A DNA stretch of 64,000 nt. It comes from Candidatus Latescibacterota bacterium. Lineage in GTDB: Bacteria > Krumholzibacteriota > Krumholzibacteriia > WVZY01. A program made the translations under genes and the position numbers. The notes beneath the pieces are model-generated. The model saw only the letters and a list, made by a program, of their open reading frames with translations. It searched no databases and was not told where the DNA came from. The DNA lies in contig CAWBQK010000006.1 in assembly GCA_963791045.1 (NCBI GenBank), positions 96,001 to 160,000 on the forward strand. The letters are read 5' to 3'. This document shows, one piece after another, positions 26,193 to 36,312 of this stretch; positions within the stretch are counted from its first letter, which is position 1, and each line of letters opens with the position of its first letter.

Positions 26193-27094
26193 ATGACAGA
26201 GACGAGAAAATTGGATCTGGTTCAGCATATTCGCCCCTTGCACCTGATGACCCTGGTTGTTTTATACATTTTGGGTGGAGGATTTGGTCGTTATCTGGGC
26301 CATAGAATTGATCCGGCTTTTATCATTGATCGGATTAGTTTGGATCCTGTCCTTATCGATAGGTATGAATTTCCTGGGAGATTATTTCCACACGCCATTT
26401 GACCGGGGTTTGATCAGAAAAGAGCAGACGAAAAAGATCACAAGAAAATCACGATAGCAGGATGAGGTCCTATTATATATCTCTGTAGCTTGCCTGGCAG
26501 TAGGCGCAGTTCTTACATTGATCCTTGGGATATCAGGATCACTATCTCTTTCCAGCGGTTTAGTTATGGGCTTTATTTTCCTCTTTATTGCCTGCTGATC
26601 ATTCCGGGAGTTTCGCTGGACCTATCCGGGATCGGGGAATTTTTCACTTCCATTATTCTGGTAGTATTGCCGCCTGCTATCGGGTATCTTTTGCAGGTCG
26701 GTGAATTTCATCGATTTCTTATATCTGGGCATCTTTCCTTTATTTCCCCTTCATCTGGCAATGATTTTGGTTATACGTCTGAAAACTTATCCGAATGATC
26801 TCGGAAGGGCAGGAAAACCTTGCTTGTGCGCCTGGGATGGCAGCGGGGTATATATTTGCATAACCTGATGGTTCTGAGTGGATTTTTATTATTTGGAGTG
26901 GCGTTGATTTTTGGCATGCCTTTTCGGTTGATCTTGCCGGTATTCTTGACGCTTCCTGTGGCTGGATACCTGATCTGGTACTTGTCCAGCCTCAAGTATG
27001 GCGCTCCTGTCCGCTGGCCGCTAATAACTCTCTTATCCCTGATAATTTCTTTTTACCGGTCTATTTGGTCACTTTTACAGTCTGGATCCGGTAA
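26193..27094 (+). CDS. UbiA/MenA-like prenyltransferase family membrane protein, several indels
   Basis: IRPLHL start, FLGDYF, GIGEF, GRKTLLVRLG motif, multiple TM segments. Confidence 0.6.
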
Positions 27095-27112
27095 GGCCGG
27101 ATCTCAATACTT

Positions 27113-28351
27113 ATGCCAGAATTTTTATCCTTGGTTTCCCCTGAAGATGCCTTATCCCTCCTGTTCAGTTATCTTCATCCTGTTCTCAGAGATCAAGAAA
27201 CAGTAACGGAACAAGCCCTGGGAAAAGTCACAGCTGAAGATATTCTTTCTCCCCAGGATCTGCCGGAGTTCAGGCGATCAACGGTTGATGGTTATGCAAT
27301 TTCGGCCCGGGATAGCCACGGAGCAAGTGAATCCCTTCCAGCCTACTTGAAAGTTGGCAGGCGAAGTATTGATGGGAAAAGAACCTGGATTTGATTTGAA
27401 AGATAAAGAATGTGCCCTGATCCATACCGGGGGAATGCTGCCGAATGCTGCCAACGCTGTAGTGATGCTAGAGGATACGCAGGTACTGGATTCCGGGGAG
27501 ATTGAGATCTACCGCTCAGTTGCTTCCGGAGAAAATTTGATCGAGATAGGAGAGGATGTTCCTGAAGGGGGTGTTGTGATTCCCAAAGGAACCCGCCTCA
27601 GACCAGCGGAGATTGGCGGTTTACTTGCGCTGGGAATCACAAGAATTAGAACTGTCACACCTCCTAAAATTGGGATCATTTCCAGTGGCGATGAAGTAAT
27701 TCCGACCAGATAAAAAACCCAAACCGGGAGAAGTTAGAGATATCAATTCTTACACTTTGGGAGCGATGATCAGCGAGTTGGGTGCTGAGCCGATCCATTA
27801 TGGTATCATTCCAGATAACCGGAAAAAATTAAGGGAAATCATCCAGGTCGGGTTAAGTGAATGTGATCATCTTATCGTGACAGCAGGCTCATCGGCCAGC
27901 TCGAGGGATTTGACCGCGGATGTAATGAACGAGCTTGGGGATCCGGGTGTGCTGGTGCATGGTGTGAGCATAAAACCGGGAAAACCGACCATCTTAGCTC
28001 TTGCGGGCGAAAAAGTGATGATCGGCTTGCCGGGCAACCCGGTCAGTGCTTTGGTTATTGCTTATATCCTGGTGAAACCAATTATTGAGATGTATCTGGG
28101 ATTGGAAAACCGGAATTTCTCATCTTCCATCCCGGCAATACTAATAATGAATATTCCTTCCCAGGCGGGCCGGGAGGATTGGATCCCGGTTAGATTGATT
28201 CGAAGGGGAAAAAGAGACTTTCCTTGCAGAACCGATCTTTGGACGAAGTAACTTGATCTTCCTGCTGGCAAAAGCGGACGGCCTGGTGAAAATTTCCTCT
28301 CCAAGAACAGGATTAGAAGCAGGAGCAGTTGTGTCAGTTCGATTATTCTAA
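27113..28351 (+). CDS. moeA: Molybdopterin molybdotransferase MoeA (gephyrin-like, no PBP domain), several indels
   Basis: RSTVDGYA, IHTGGMLP, SSGDE, IKPGKPT, GLPGNPVSA, GREDWIPV. Confidence 0.88.
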
Positions 28352-28360
28352 AGAAGAGAA

Positions 28361-30637
28361 ATGAATATGAATTTCATCCTGACCATACCAGCAATATTCT
28401 ACATATGTCTTGCTGTATATAGTATCAGTCTGATAGCTAATGCAATCCAGAAACTGCGCATTTATAAGATAGCTGATTACCTTCTGGTATCTCATGCTTT
28501 GTTCTATTCTTATTGATCACTGTGATCCTTTTTGGTTCTGAACTAAGATGGTGGAATTTCCTGAGTCAAGGCATCAGGCTGAGGTTGCCCTGGTATGCCT
28601 TGCTGCTATTCAGTGGTGTGATTTTTGGTCTGACAACTGCTGTTTTCAGAACAGAAAATCCGGGCTGGACCTGGTTAATCATCTCCCTGGTCATTATCAG
28701 TGTTGCAGTTGTGGCGGATGAAATGGGTATACTTCCCGGTGATCTCAATTGGGGTCATCAGCAGGATGGATATTTCCATTCGATACTATCCACTGTGATC
28801 CAGGCTGTAGGTTGGGGGTTCTTTGTTATCCTGACCAGTATTCAGGTATTCAGGAATATCGAATAACAGATCGAAGTGTCGTCAAACAACGAGCAATATA
28901 TTGGACCGCAGCGTTAATTCTCTACATCGGAAGTACAGTATTATTGATGATGGACCATAAGTTGATTGCCAGTTTGCTGCTCTTATTCACGACTATCATA
29001 TTAAATTTCCTTGTTCTTAACCTATCGACTGCCGGACTTGAAGATCCTGGCCTTCCGTGGTGCTGGATATGCGTTGACCGGGATCATCATTATCTTGGTC
29101 TATGCCCTGGGCTTCCTGATCCTTGAGGGATTTTTTGTAGAGCTCGATTGGTATAAACCGGTTTACAACGGAGTTTTCTTTTCCGTTATTGTCCTGATTT
29201 TCTTCCTGCCAATCAATCGGCTGGTAAACTCTATACTTGAACGTATGCTTTCAAGTGAAGGGGCGAGGACCCTGGAAATTCGGAGCTACAGCAAAACACT
29301 CAGCAGCATTCTTGATATTGAACTGCTATCCAAAGTTACTATTGAGATGATCTGTGATTCCCTGGAATTAAAAAAGGGTACTTTGTTCCTGGTGGATCGG
29401 ATAGAACCTGATAAGGACCCACCAAACTGGCACCTCAAGGCAGTCCAAGGGTACATCGGTGACCTTGCCAGATCTTGATTTTCTGCCTGCTTTCAGCCCA
29501 ATCACCAAGGTCCTTGTAGAAGAAAAACGTCCATTAACTCAATCTGAGCTGGAATTCATACCCAAGTTCCAGACCATTCCGGAAAATGTGCTGGTCTGGA
29601 TTAAAGCTCTGGATGTGGAAGCGTTGGTGCCAATTCATTCAGAAGATGAATGGATCGGTTTGTTTGCCCTGTCCCAGAAACGCTCAGGTGCATCCTTTTC
29701 AGATGAGGAGCTGGAACTGCTTTCTTCCCTCGCGGATCAAACCTCCGTCGCACTGCAGAATGCGCGCCTGGTTCAGAGCCTGACAAAGATCGATAGCCAG
29801 TTGAGACGAGCCAAGGCATCCCAGAATACTGCGCTGGATAAGATCGAGCAGATCAAAAAATCATCATCTGACATTATCAGCATCAAAGCTCATGAGCTGC
29901 GATCGCCATTGACTGTGGTCACTGGGTATTCCCAGCTGCTGGCAAATGATGAAAAATTGATGGGAGATGAATATTACAGTGAGCTGGTAAAAGGGATAAT
30001 TTCTGGTTCAGATAGATTACAGAATATCATTGAGAATATGATAGACACGGCCAGTGTCCAGCCAAAAAACCTGAATATTGACACTACCCCGCTGTCCCTT
30101 TACACGCTGGTAGACTCGGTTTGCAGAGATCTGGGAGGACAAGTAAGAGCTAGAAAGATCACACTGTCCCATGATAATTTGGGTGAAATCCCACCTGTAT
30201 ACGGTGACAGTAAAGCTCTAAAGAAAGTTTTTGAGATCCTGATCAATTATGCTATGACTCACACGCCAAGTGGAGGAAAAATCACCATCACCGGTCGGCA
30301 TATACCACCTCGGTCTGATGTGTTGAAGTGGGAGGGAGCAGAAATTGTGGTTTGTGACACGGGGATCGGGATTGATTCTGACGCCAAAGATCGTTTCTTC
30401 CAGGAACGAATGAATCCGATGATGGCAGATTTCTCTCTTCTTGATGAGTTGGCAGCCGGTGAGGAAAAACCTGGAGAAGAATTGGCAATTGTGCGCAGCA
30501 TCATAGAGGCGCATAATGGGCGGGTCTGGGTCGAGAGACTGCAAAAAGACGCCGAACACCTGCCGGGAAGCGAGTTCCATGTAGTTTTACCGCTGGAACA
30601 ACAATCTTACCCGACACAACCAGATCGTTCAAAATAA
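28361..30637 (+). CDS. Multi-TM GAF-domain sensor histidine kinase-like protein, several indels
   Basis: N-terminal TM helices; GAF (FSDEELELLSSLADQTSVALQNARL); H-box HELRSPL; DTGIGI; IIEAHNGRVWV. Confidence 0.8.
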
Positions 30638-30661
30638 AATATTTAGGGGGAAATGTAGGGG

Positions 30662-31789
30662 CTATTCATCCGGGTAAACCCGCGGAACCCTGGCACCTAT
30701 CCCGCAAGTAACTTCGTAGTTAATGGTCTGCCAAACACGAGCCAGGTCATTCACGCTGATAACCTCATCACCCTGTTTTCCGATCAGGACAACCTCATCA
30801 CCAATTTCAGGGTTGGGGACTTTCTCCAATTTCACCATGAATTGATCCATGCAAACCCTGCCTATAATAGGTGCTTTGACACCATTGATCAGGACTGAAT
30901 TTCCTGGGACCCTGCGGTATCCGTCTGCGTAACCGACCGGGATTACTCCGATTAACTCTTTTTCGGTTGTCACATAAGTATGCCCATAACTGACTCCATG
31001 ACCAGGGGGAAGTTCCTTCATGCTGGCAAGCACTGACTTCCAGCTCAAGACTGGCTCAATACCGGCTGGTAGTTGAACCTCCGGGGATGGTGACAATCCA
31101 TATATGATGAGGCCGGGCCGAACCAGCTGAAACCGTGTTCCAGGATGGGCCAGAGCACCTGCGGAATTAGCCATATGCACGATCCCGGGGAGAAGATTCT
31201 CATCCTCAAGGTCTTTGATGACTTTATGGAATACTTCTTCCTGCTTCCTGGTGGGCTCGGGATCAGCTTCATCTGCTTTAGCCAGGTGTGAGAATAATCC
31301 TTCCAGATCAATTCGATCCATTTTCTTTGCTAACCGGGCAAGTCCCAGTGTTTCTGCCGGATGGCAGCCCAATCGCCCCATTCCGCTGTCTACCAGCAGG
31401 TGCACCCTGGCAGTTTTCTGGCACCTGGCTGCAGATTTCTCTACTAGGCTGATGTGTTCCTTGGTCCAGACAGACAGGGAAACATCCAGGCAGATCATCT
31501 GTTCAATACGTTCTGGGGCGATATATCCCAGAACCAGGATGTTGCTTTTGATGCCTTCTTCGCGCATTTTAAGAGCCATTCGGGGGCGGGCAACGCCAAA
31601 CCAATCCACGCCGGCTTCTTCAGCAGTACGGGTGATCGGCATGTAACCATGGCCGTAGCCATTAGCTTTTACCACGGTCATTAAAGGAACACCAGTTTCC
31701 TTTTGGATGATCTTGATATTCTTTTGGAGGGCTTTGAGATCTACTTCCACCCAGGTGGCATAGGATTGTTCAGCTTTCATCGGATTCAA
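30662..31789 (-). CDS. alr: Alanine racemase
   Basis: VVKANGYGHG PLP motif, DSGMGRLG, SHLAKAD, GYADG, IGRVCMD, TINYEV. Confidence 0.95.
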   Translation of the reverse strand: MNPMKAEQSYATWVEVDLKALQKNIKIIQKETGVPLMTVVKANGYGHGYMPITRTAEEAGVDWFGVARPRMALKMREEGIKSNILVLGYIAPERIEQMICLDVSLSVWTKEHISLVEKSAARCQKTARVHLLVDSGMGRLGCHPAETLGLARLAKKMDRIDLEGLFSHLAKADEADPEPTRKQEEVFHKVIKDLEDENLLPGIVHMANSAGALAHPGTRFQLVRPGLIIYGLSPSPEVQLPAGIEPVLSWKSVLASMKELPPGHGVSYGHTYVTTEKELIGVIPVGYADGYRRVPGNSVLINGVKAPIIGRVCMDQFMVKLEKVPNPEIGDEVVLIGKQGDEVISVNDLARVWQTINYEVTCGIGARVPRVYPDE

Positions 31790-31870
31790 TTTTCCTGAGG
31801 GAATGTTTACTTATTTACAGGGCTATTCTACCAGAGAATAGAGTGGGGGAAGATCTAGGAAAATCAAGCC

Positions 31871-31899
31871 TTGACAAAGTAGAACAAATGTTCTACACT
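31871..31899 (+). promoter_or_regulatory. Sigma-70 promoter with an embedded LexA/SOS box (GAAC-N4-GTTC)
   Basis: TTGACA-17 nt-TACACT; palindrome GTAGAAC-AAAT-GTTCTAC at 31879-31896. Confidence 0.75.
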
Positions 31900-31948
31900 A
31901 TCTGCAGATACACTTATTATCTTTTTTTCACTAGAACAGGAGGTACAC

Positions 31949-32623
31949 ATGTCCGCCAACAGCATTCCTTTTATACCCGAACGAGTTCAGATCAAAAGAG
32001 GTGTGGTCTTTGGTCTTTTGATCATCACCGCTCTGGTTGCATTTGAGATCTTCAACTTCAGCACCACTGATTTTGCATTAGTCGATCTTCTGGGTGATCT
32101 TCGTTTCTGGGGCGTGCGCTGGGCCACGATCCTGGCCGTTGCCTTCTGCGGGATCGATTTCGCCGGGATCGCCCGGTTATTCACACCAGAGGGCAAAGTC
32201 GGGGAACAGACCGAAAGCTGGTACCTGTTTGCTGCCTGGTTGATCGCTGCCACCATGAATGCTCTCTTGACCTGGTGGGGCGTTTCCATTGCCATTGCCA
32301 ATCATGAGACCCTGGGAAACGCGGTGATCGCCCGTCAGACCCTGCTCAAGGTCGTACCGATCTTTGTGGCTGTCATGATCTGGCTCCTGCGGGTCTTGAT
32401 CATCGGCCTTTTCTCTGTAGCCGGTGACCGTTATTTCGGTAAGGACCAGCTGAGTGTGGATTTCGCTCCATCAAACCGCAAAGCACAAATTTCCAGCCGC
32501 AAGAAACCAGCTCCTGGTTACCGACCATCACCCAAACCGGCTGTACGTGCCCCTCAGCGTGAGCCCTCCTATCAGCCGCTCTCTGCTCAAGCTCAGGATG
32601 ACTCTCAGTCCCAACTTCTATAA
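31949..32623 (+). CDS. Hypothetical membrane protein (about 4 TM plus a Pro/basic C-terminal tail), probably SOS-regulated
   Basis: Intact 224 aa ORF, AGGAGG RBS, own promoter and terminator. Confidence 0.8.
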   Translation: MSANSIPFIPERVQIKRGVVFGLLIITALVAFEIFNFSTTDFALVDLLGDLRFWGVRWATILAVAFCGIDFAGIARLFTPEGKVGEQTESWYLFAAWLIAATMNALLTWWGVSIAIANHETLGNAVIARQTLLKVVPIFVAVMIWLLRVLIIGLFSVAGDRYFGKDQLSVDFAPSNRKAQISSRKKPAPGYRPSPKPAVRAPQREPSYQPLSAQAQDDSQSQLL

Positions 32624-32663
32624 GGTTAACCCTCATATCATAAGGACTTTGTGCCTAAATAAT

Positions 32664-32692
32664 AAAACCGCTGGTCATTACCAGCGGTTTTT
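32664..32692. terminator. Bidirectional intrinsic terminator
   Basis: AAAACCGCTGG/CCAGCGGTTTTT. Confidence 0.85.
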
Positions 32693-32695
32693 GTG

Positions 32696-32769
32696 TCGGG
32701 ATGGAGGGATTCGAACCCACGGCCTCGCCGACCCGAACGGCGCGCGCTACCGGACTGCGCCACATCCCG
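32696..32769 (-). tRNA. tRNA-Pro(CGG), CCA not encoded
   Basis: CGGGATGTGGCGCAGTCCGGTAGCGCG CGCCG-TTCGGGT-CGGCG ... GTGGG-TTCGAAT-CCCTC CATCCCGA cloverleaf. Confidence 0.95.
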
Positions 32770-32823
32770 ATGCCGAGAGATTATAACTCAGCTTACCATC
32801 TTCATCAAGCTTTTTGGCTCAGC

Positions 32824-33498
32824 CTACCAGTGATAAGCAGGATATTCCATTTCGGGTTTCTTAAGCACCTGTCCTAATATTACACCTGTTACAAATCCGC
32901 CTATGTGAGCCCAAAAAGCAACGCCGCCAACATCCGGACCGCCCAGAGAAAGAAGGCCTTGTAGAAACTGCAGCCCGAACCAGACAATTAGAACAATACT
33001 GGCAGGAAGCATGGTCAATCTCAGCCAAAAACCCAGGGGAATTAACGTGAGGACTTTTTGTCTCGGGAAGAGGACCAGATATGCACCCAGGACAGCTGCG
33101 ATAGCGCCGCTGGCACCAACGGTTGGGATGATTGAATTTGGGTTAGTCAGGATATGGGTGATAGAAGCAACTACGCCGCCAACAATGTAGAAAATAAAAT
33201 ATTTTCCGCTGCCCAATCTGTCTTCGACGTTATCTCCAAAAATCCACAAATAGAGCATATTGCCGCCGATATGTGCTAACCCGGCATGCATGAACATGCT
33301 GGTGAAGATATTGAAAAGGCTGCTCAGTGACATCAGTGAGGTTACATTTGCAGGTATCAGAGCAAACTGATAAACGAAGGCTTCATTATTGGATCCAAGA
33401 AAGGTCTGAAAGATAAAGACCAGAATATTGATCAGGATCAAGAGGTAAGTGACTATAGGTACGCTGTGGGTGGGGTTTTCATCACGAATTGGGATCAT
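32824..33498 (-). CDS. Rhomboid family intramembrane serine protease
   Basis: MFMHAG..HIGGNM, GASGAI (catalytic Ser), AHIGGF (catalytic His). Confidence 0.92.
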   Translation of the reverse strand: MIPIRDENPTHSVPIVTYLLILINILVFIFQTFLGSNNEAFVYQFALIPANVTSLMSLSSLFNIFTSMFMHAGLAHIGGNMLYLWIFGDNVEDRLGSGKYFIFYIVGGVVASITHILTNPNSIIPTVGASGAIAAVLGAYLVLFPRQKVLTLIPLGFWLRLTMLPASIVLIVWFGLQFLQGLLSLGGPDVGGVAFWAHIGGFVTGVILGQVLKKPEMEYPAYHW

Positions 33499-33655
33499 TG
33501 GTGTTCCATAAATATTGAATATGTGAAGGTAATGCGATGGAGTGATTTTACCATAGGGATAGTTCAGAAGCAGAACAGCGGATTTAGGAAATAGTTCAAG
33601 GGTTTATGATAGGTGAGAGTTTGATGGACTTTGCATATTTGTTGGGAGATGCATA

Positions 33656-33684
33656 TTGCATAATAGTTTATTCTTCGTTATGAT
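33656..33684 (+). promoter_or_regulatory. Sigma-70-type promoter of the flp pilin gene
   Basis: TTGCAT-17 nt-TATGAT. Confidence 0.5.
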
Positions 33685-33751
33685 GTGTACTAGTTATTCA
33701 GTACGCGAGACGTACACGAAAAAATCTATTTATTTATAAAGGAGACACACC

Positions 33752-33898
33752 ATGTTATTCGCACCTAAAGAAAAAGGCCAAGGTCTAGTTGAGTACGCGC
33801 TCATTCTTGTATTGGTCGCAGTTGTAGTGATTGTTATTCTCTCTCTGCTTGGCCCAGCCATTGGCAACATTTTCCAAAATATTGTTGACAATATCTAA
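33752..33898 (+). CDS. flp: Flp family (type IVb/Tad) pilin, 48 aa, not in the ORF track
   Basis: MLFAPKEKG/QGLVEYALILVLVAVVVIVILSLLGPAIGNIFQNIVDNI: prepilin Gly cleavage site with E+5 and Y+6; AAGGAG RBS. Confidence 0.92.
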   Translation: MLFAPKEKGQGLVEYALILVLVAVVVIVILSLLGPAIGNIFQNIVDNI

Positions 33899-33945
33899 GC
33901 AAACCTTATGTTTCTAGGCGGGTGACCGCCCCAATGCAACAAATC

Positions 33946-33978
33946 CTAAACCCTACCTATTGGTAGGGTTTAGCTTTT
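33946..33978 (+). terminator. Intrinsic terminator after flp
   Basis: CTAAACCCTACC/GGTAGGGTTTAG plus T-run. Confidence 0.8.
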
Positions 33979-34096
33979 ATTGGGATGGACTTCATTGCAG
34001 TATGTGTTGAGAATTATATTAGGTGTGTTTAGAACTTTTTCCCGAGCTGATTCTGATGAAATTCATGCCAAACATAATTTTCTCTTATCTGCAGGG

Positions 34097-34342
34097 TTAT
34101 TTCTTTACCGCTCGATAGATCACGATAACAAGGACTGCACCTGCAAAGGCAACCAGAATGCTTGTGAGATTAAATCCACTAATTAGATCTACTCCGAGAA
34201 GCAGACTGGTAATCCAGCCGCCTACAATGGAGCCTGCTATACCCAACAGTATATCGACTAAAGCACTGGTATCAGCTTTCATTACACGGGAGGCCAATAA
34301 ACCTGCGATAAGACCAACCACAATGGTAGCTATAAAACCCAT
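34097..34342 (-). CDS. GlsB/YeaQ/YmgE (transglycosylase-associated) membrane protein
   Basis: IVVGLIAGLLA...ILLGIAGSIVGG...SILVAFAGAVLVIVIY pattern. Confidence 0.9.
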   Translation of the reverse strand: MGFIATIVVGLIAGLLASRVMKADTSALVDILLGIAGSIVGGWITSLLLGVDLISGFNLTSILVAFAGAVLVIVIYRAVKK

Positions 34343-34457
34343 GATAATTCTCCTTTATTAATCTGATAGAAAACAAATAAGTATTGAAACAATATTCTGC
34401 CCCCAATATCAAGTTAGGGTCATGATGTACGAAAGAACATAACTTGAATTTGTGAGC

Positions 34458-34898
34458 CTACAAACTCTCAACCAGTTTTCTAAGATTGTGAACCGTTTTT
34501 TTGACCTGGATTGCGTCCTTTGGATTTCCTCCTGATACAAAACGGCCAAGAATACCACCCCCGCTGAGGGTGTCCAAAGTGTATTCCACTTTACATTCAT
34601 CTTCCCCAAGGCCAAGAAATTTTCCTACAGGCTTAAGTTTAAAGTCGTGTGCATCTTTGTCATTGCCAACCTGAGTGACGATTTCCAGTTCTTTCTCGGG
34701 TTTGAATTTTTGGATCATCCCTGTGCCTTTTCTATCCTCGCTATTCCACTCAAACGATGCGCCATTTCCTAGAGGGGTAACATTCGAAACATTGTCAACG
34801 CCAGGAAACCATCGTGGCCAATAATCAGGGTTGACAAGAGCTTCCCATACGGTTTTTACTGTTGCATCGATTTCTACTTCACGTTCAAATTTAGCCAT
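34458..34898 (-). CDS. SRPBCC (polyketide cyclase/START-like) protein
   Basis: EREVEIDATVKTVWEAL..PDYWPRWFPG; GGAGA RBS. Confidence 0.8.
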   Translation of the reverse strand: MAKFEREVEIDATVKTVWEALVNPDYWPRWFPGVDNVSNVTPLGNGASFEWNSEDRKGTGMIQKFKPEKELEIVTQVGNDKDAHDFKLKPVGKFLGLGEDECKVEYTLDTLSGGGILGRFVSGGNPKDAIQVKKTVHNLRKLVESL

Positions 34899-35143
34899 AA
34901 TCTTCTCCAATAGGATGTCTTTGAAACCAGGCCGCAATTCTTAAAAAAATGCGGATATCTGGCACGATTCTGTATTTGTGCATATTAGTTATAACACTTC
35001 AACGAAAATTGGTGCAAAACCAATTTATTTTTTTTCAGCTTGAGAAATAAATTAAATGAGATCAATTTAGGCGGCAGCTCACAGGTGATACGCAGATCAC
35101 CTGTGCAAGTCAAGATCAAGTTCGAATGTTTATTCATTGCATA

Positions 35144-35797
35144 TCAGGAACCCTCTGATATTTTCAAATAACTTTTGATGGCCTTATCAAGTTTTGCTGG
35201 TTTAAAATCGTAAGGACCCAGACCCCCGCCATAAACGATCCTCCCATCCAAGCTGACCAGGTATAACCGCGTTGGCCAGGCGGCATAGCTATCATTCACA
35301 AAGTCATCCATCTCGTCAACATAGGTATGGACACCGTATTTTAGTGCGGTCTCACACTCTCCCGCCACTGATCGCCTTTCCTCCAGAGTTTTAGGGTCAT
35401 AATGCTCCATCGAAACCTTGGGAGCCATTTTGAGCATGATGTTTTTTGTAAGACGCCGCCCCAGCCACCAGCCATCAACTGGATGTGCCTCGCGAATGTA
35501 AATGCTCAGGAACTGGACCTGCTCATGATATTTTTCATAGAGCTGCTGGATACTCACGGTACCCTTGACATATGGAGGTCAGGTAAAGCTGCCAAAAACC
35601 AGGGCAACTGGTTTCTTTCCCTGGAAGTCCGAAAGGGTGACCGATTTTGTGCCAGAGACATCTTTGAGTGTGAAATCTGGCGCCAGGTCTCCAGCCTTAG
35701 GCGCTTTTTTGTTTAACGCCATTTGTTTTTTCATAACTTTGCTGCGAAAGCTAAATATAAATCTAAGGTCCTCATAAAGTTCAGCCAGAATTGCCAT
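35144..35797 (-). CDS. Iodothyronine-deiodinase-like thioredoxin-fold selenoprotein (217 aa; Sec at codon 73, UGA 35579-35581)
   Basis: ORFs 35579..35878 and 35144..35557 are in one frame, separated only by TGA in FGSFT*PPY; GDLAPDFTL, IYIREAHP.DGW, YAAWPTRLY, GGLGP motifs. Confidence 0.85.
35548..35564 (-). promoter_or_regulatory. Candidate bacterial SECIS hairpin
   Basis: GGGUAC-CGUGA-GUAUCC stem-loop starting 14 nt 3' of the UGA, with G in the apical loop. Confidence 0.55.
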
Positions 35798-36141
35798 TTT
35801 TGACTCCAATTGCAGATATATTTTATTATTGGTTTTGAAGTTTAGTTCTTTGGCCCTATGATGAATTGTATCTTGCAATCTGGGAGATTACCCCGCAATC
35901 TATATTGATTGATAAAATTTCTCGAATTTCGGTCCAATTCATAAGAATAGAATAGGAAATCCATACTTCTTGTTCCTTTTGATGAGTACCGTATAGAATC
36001 GATAGACTTCATTTTACCCCCTGAATTGAATAGACAATTTTTTCCTGTTCAACCGAGGTCAGGGGATTACCCAGTTTTCATAATTTTCATTACGCTAGAC
36101 TCTGGACAGGTCAGCCGTAGGACTCCAATCTATTTCAGTCC

Positions 36142-36169
36142 TTGACAGGCTTACAGCCTTTGGTACACT
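36142..36169 (+). promoter_or_regulatory. Sigma-70 promoter of proS
   Basis: TTGACA-16 nt-TACACT with extended -10 TG. Confidence 0.7.
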
Positions 36170-36178
36170 AACTTCATC

Positions 36179-36312
36179 ATGAATAAAAGGAACCAAGCAA
36201 AAGCCCCCGTCCCTAGCATCCTGATCCTGTAGATGGATTTTGGTCGCCTGGTGTTGGGTTTGTTCGATGTTACATATAAACCTCCGGACTAAAATTCCGG
36301 AGCTTTTTATTT
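36179..36312 (+). promoter_or_regulatory. Candidate attenuator: nearly leaderless leader peptide MNKRNQAKAPVPSILIL* plus intrinsic terminator upstream of proS
   Basis: ORF 36179-36232; terminator CTCCGGA/TCCGGAG plus T-tract at 36282-36312; alternative GGGTTTGT/ATAAACCT pairing. Confidence 0.45.

Noticed and set aside
34960-34975. TGGCACG sigma-54-like element
   Set aside because: The -12 GC is missing at the required spacing, and it points away from the adjacent gene.
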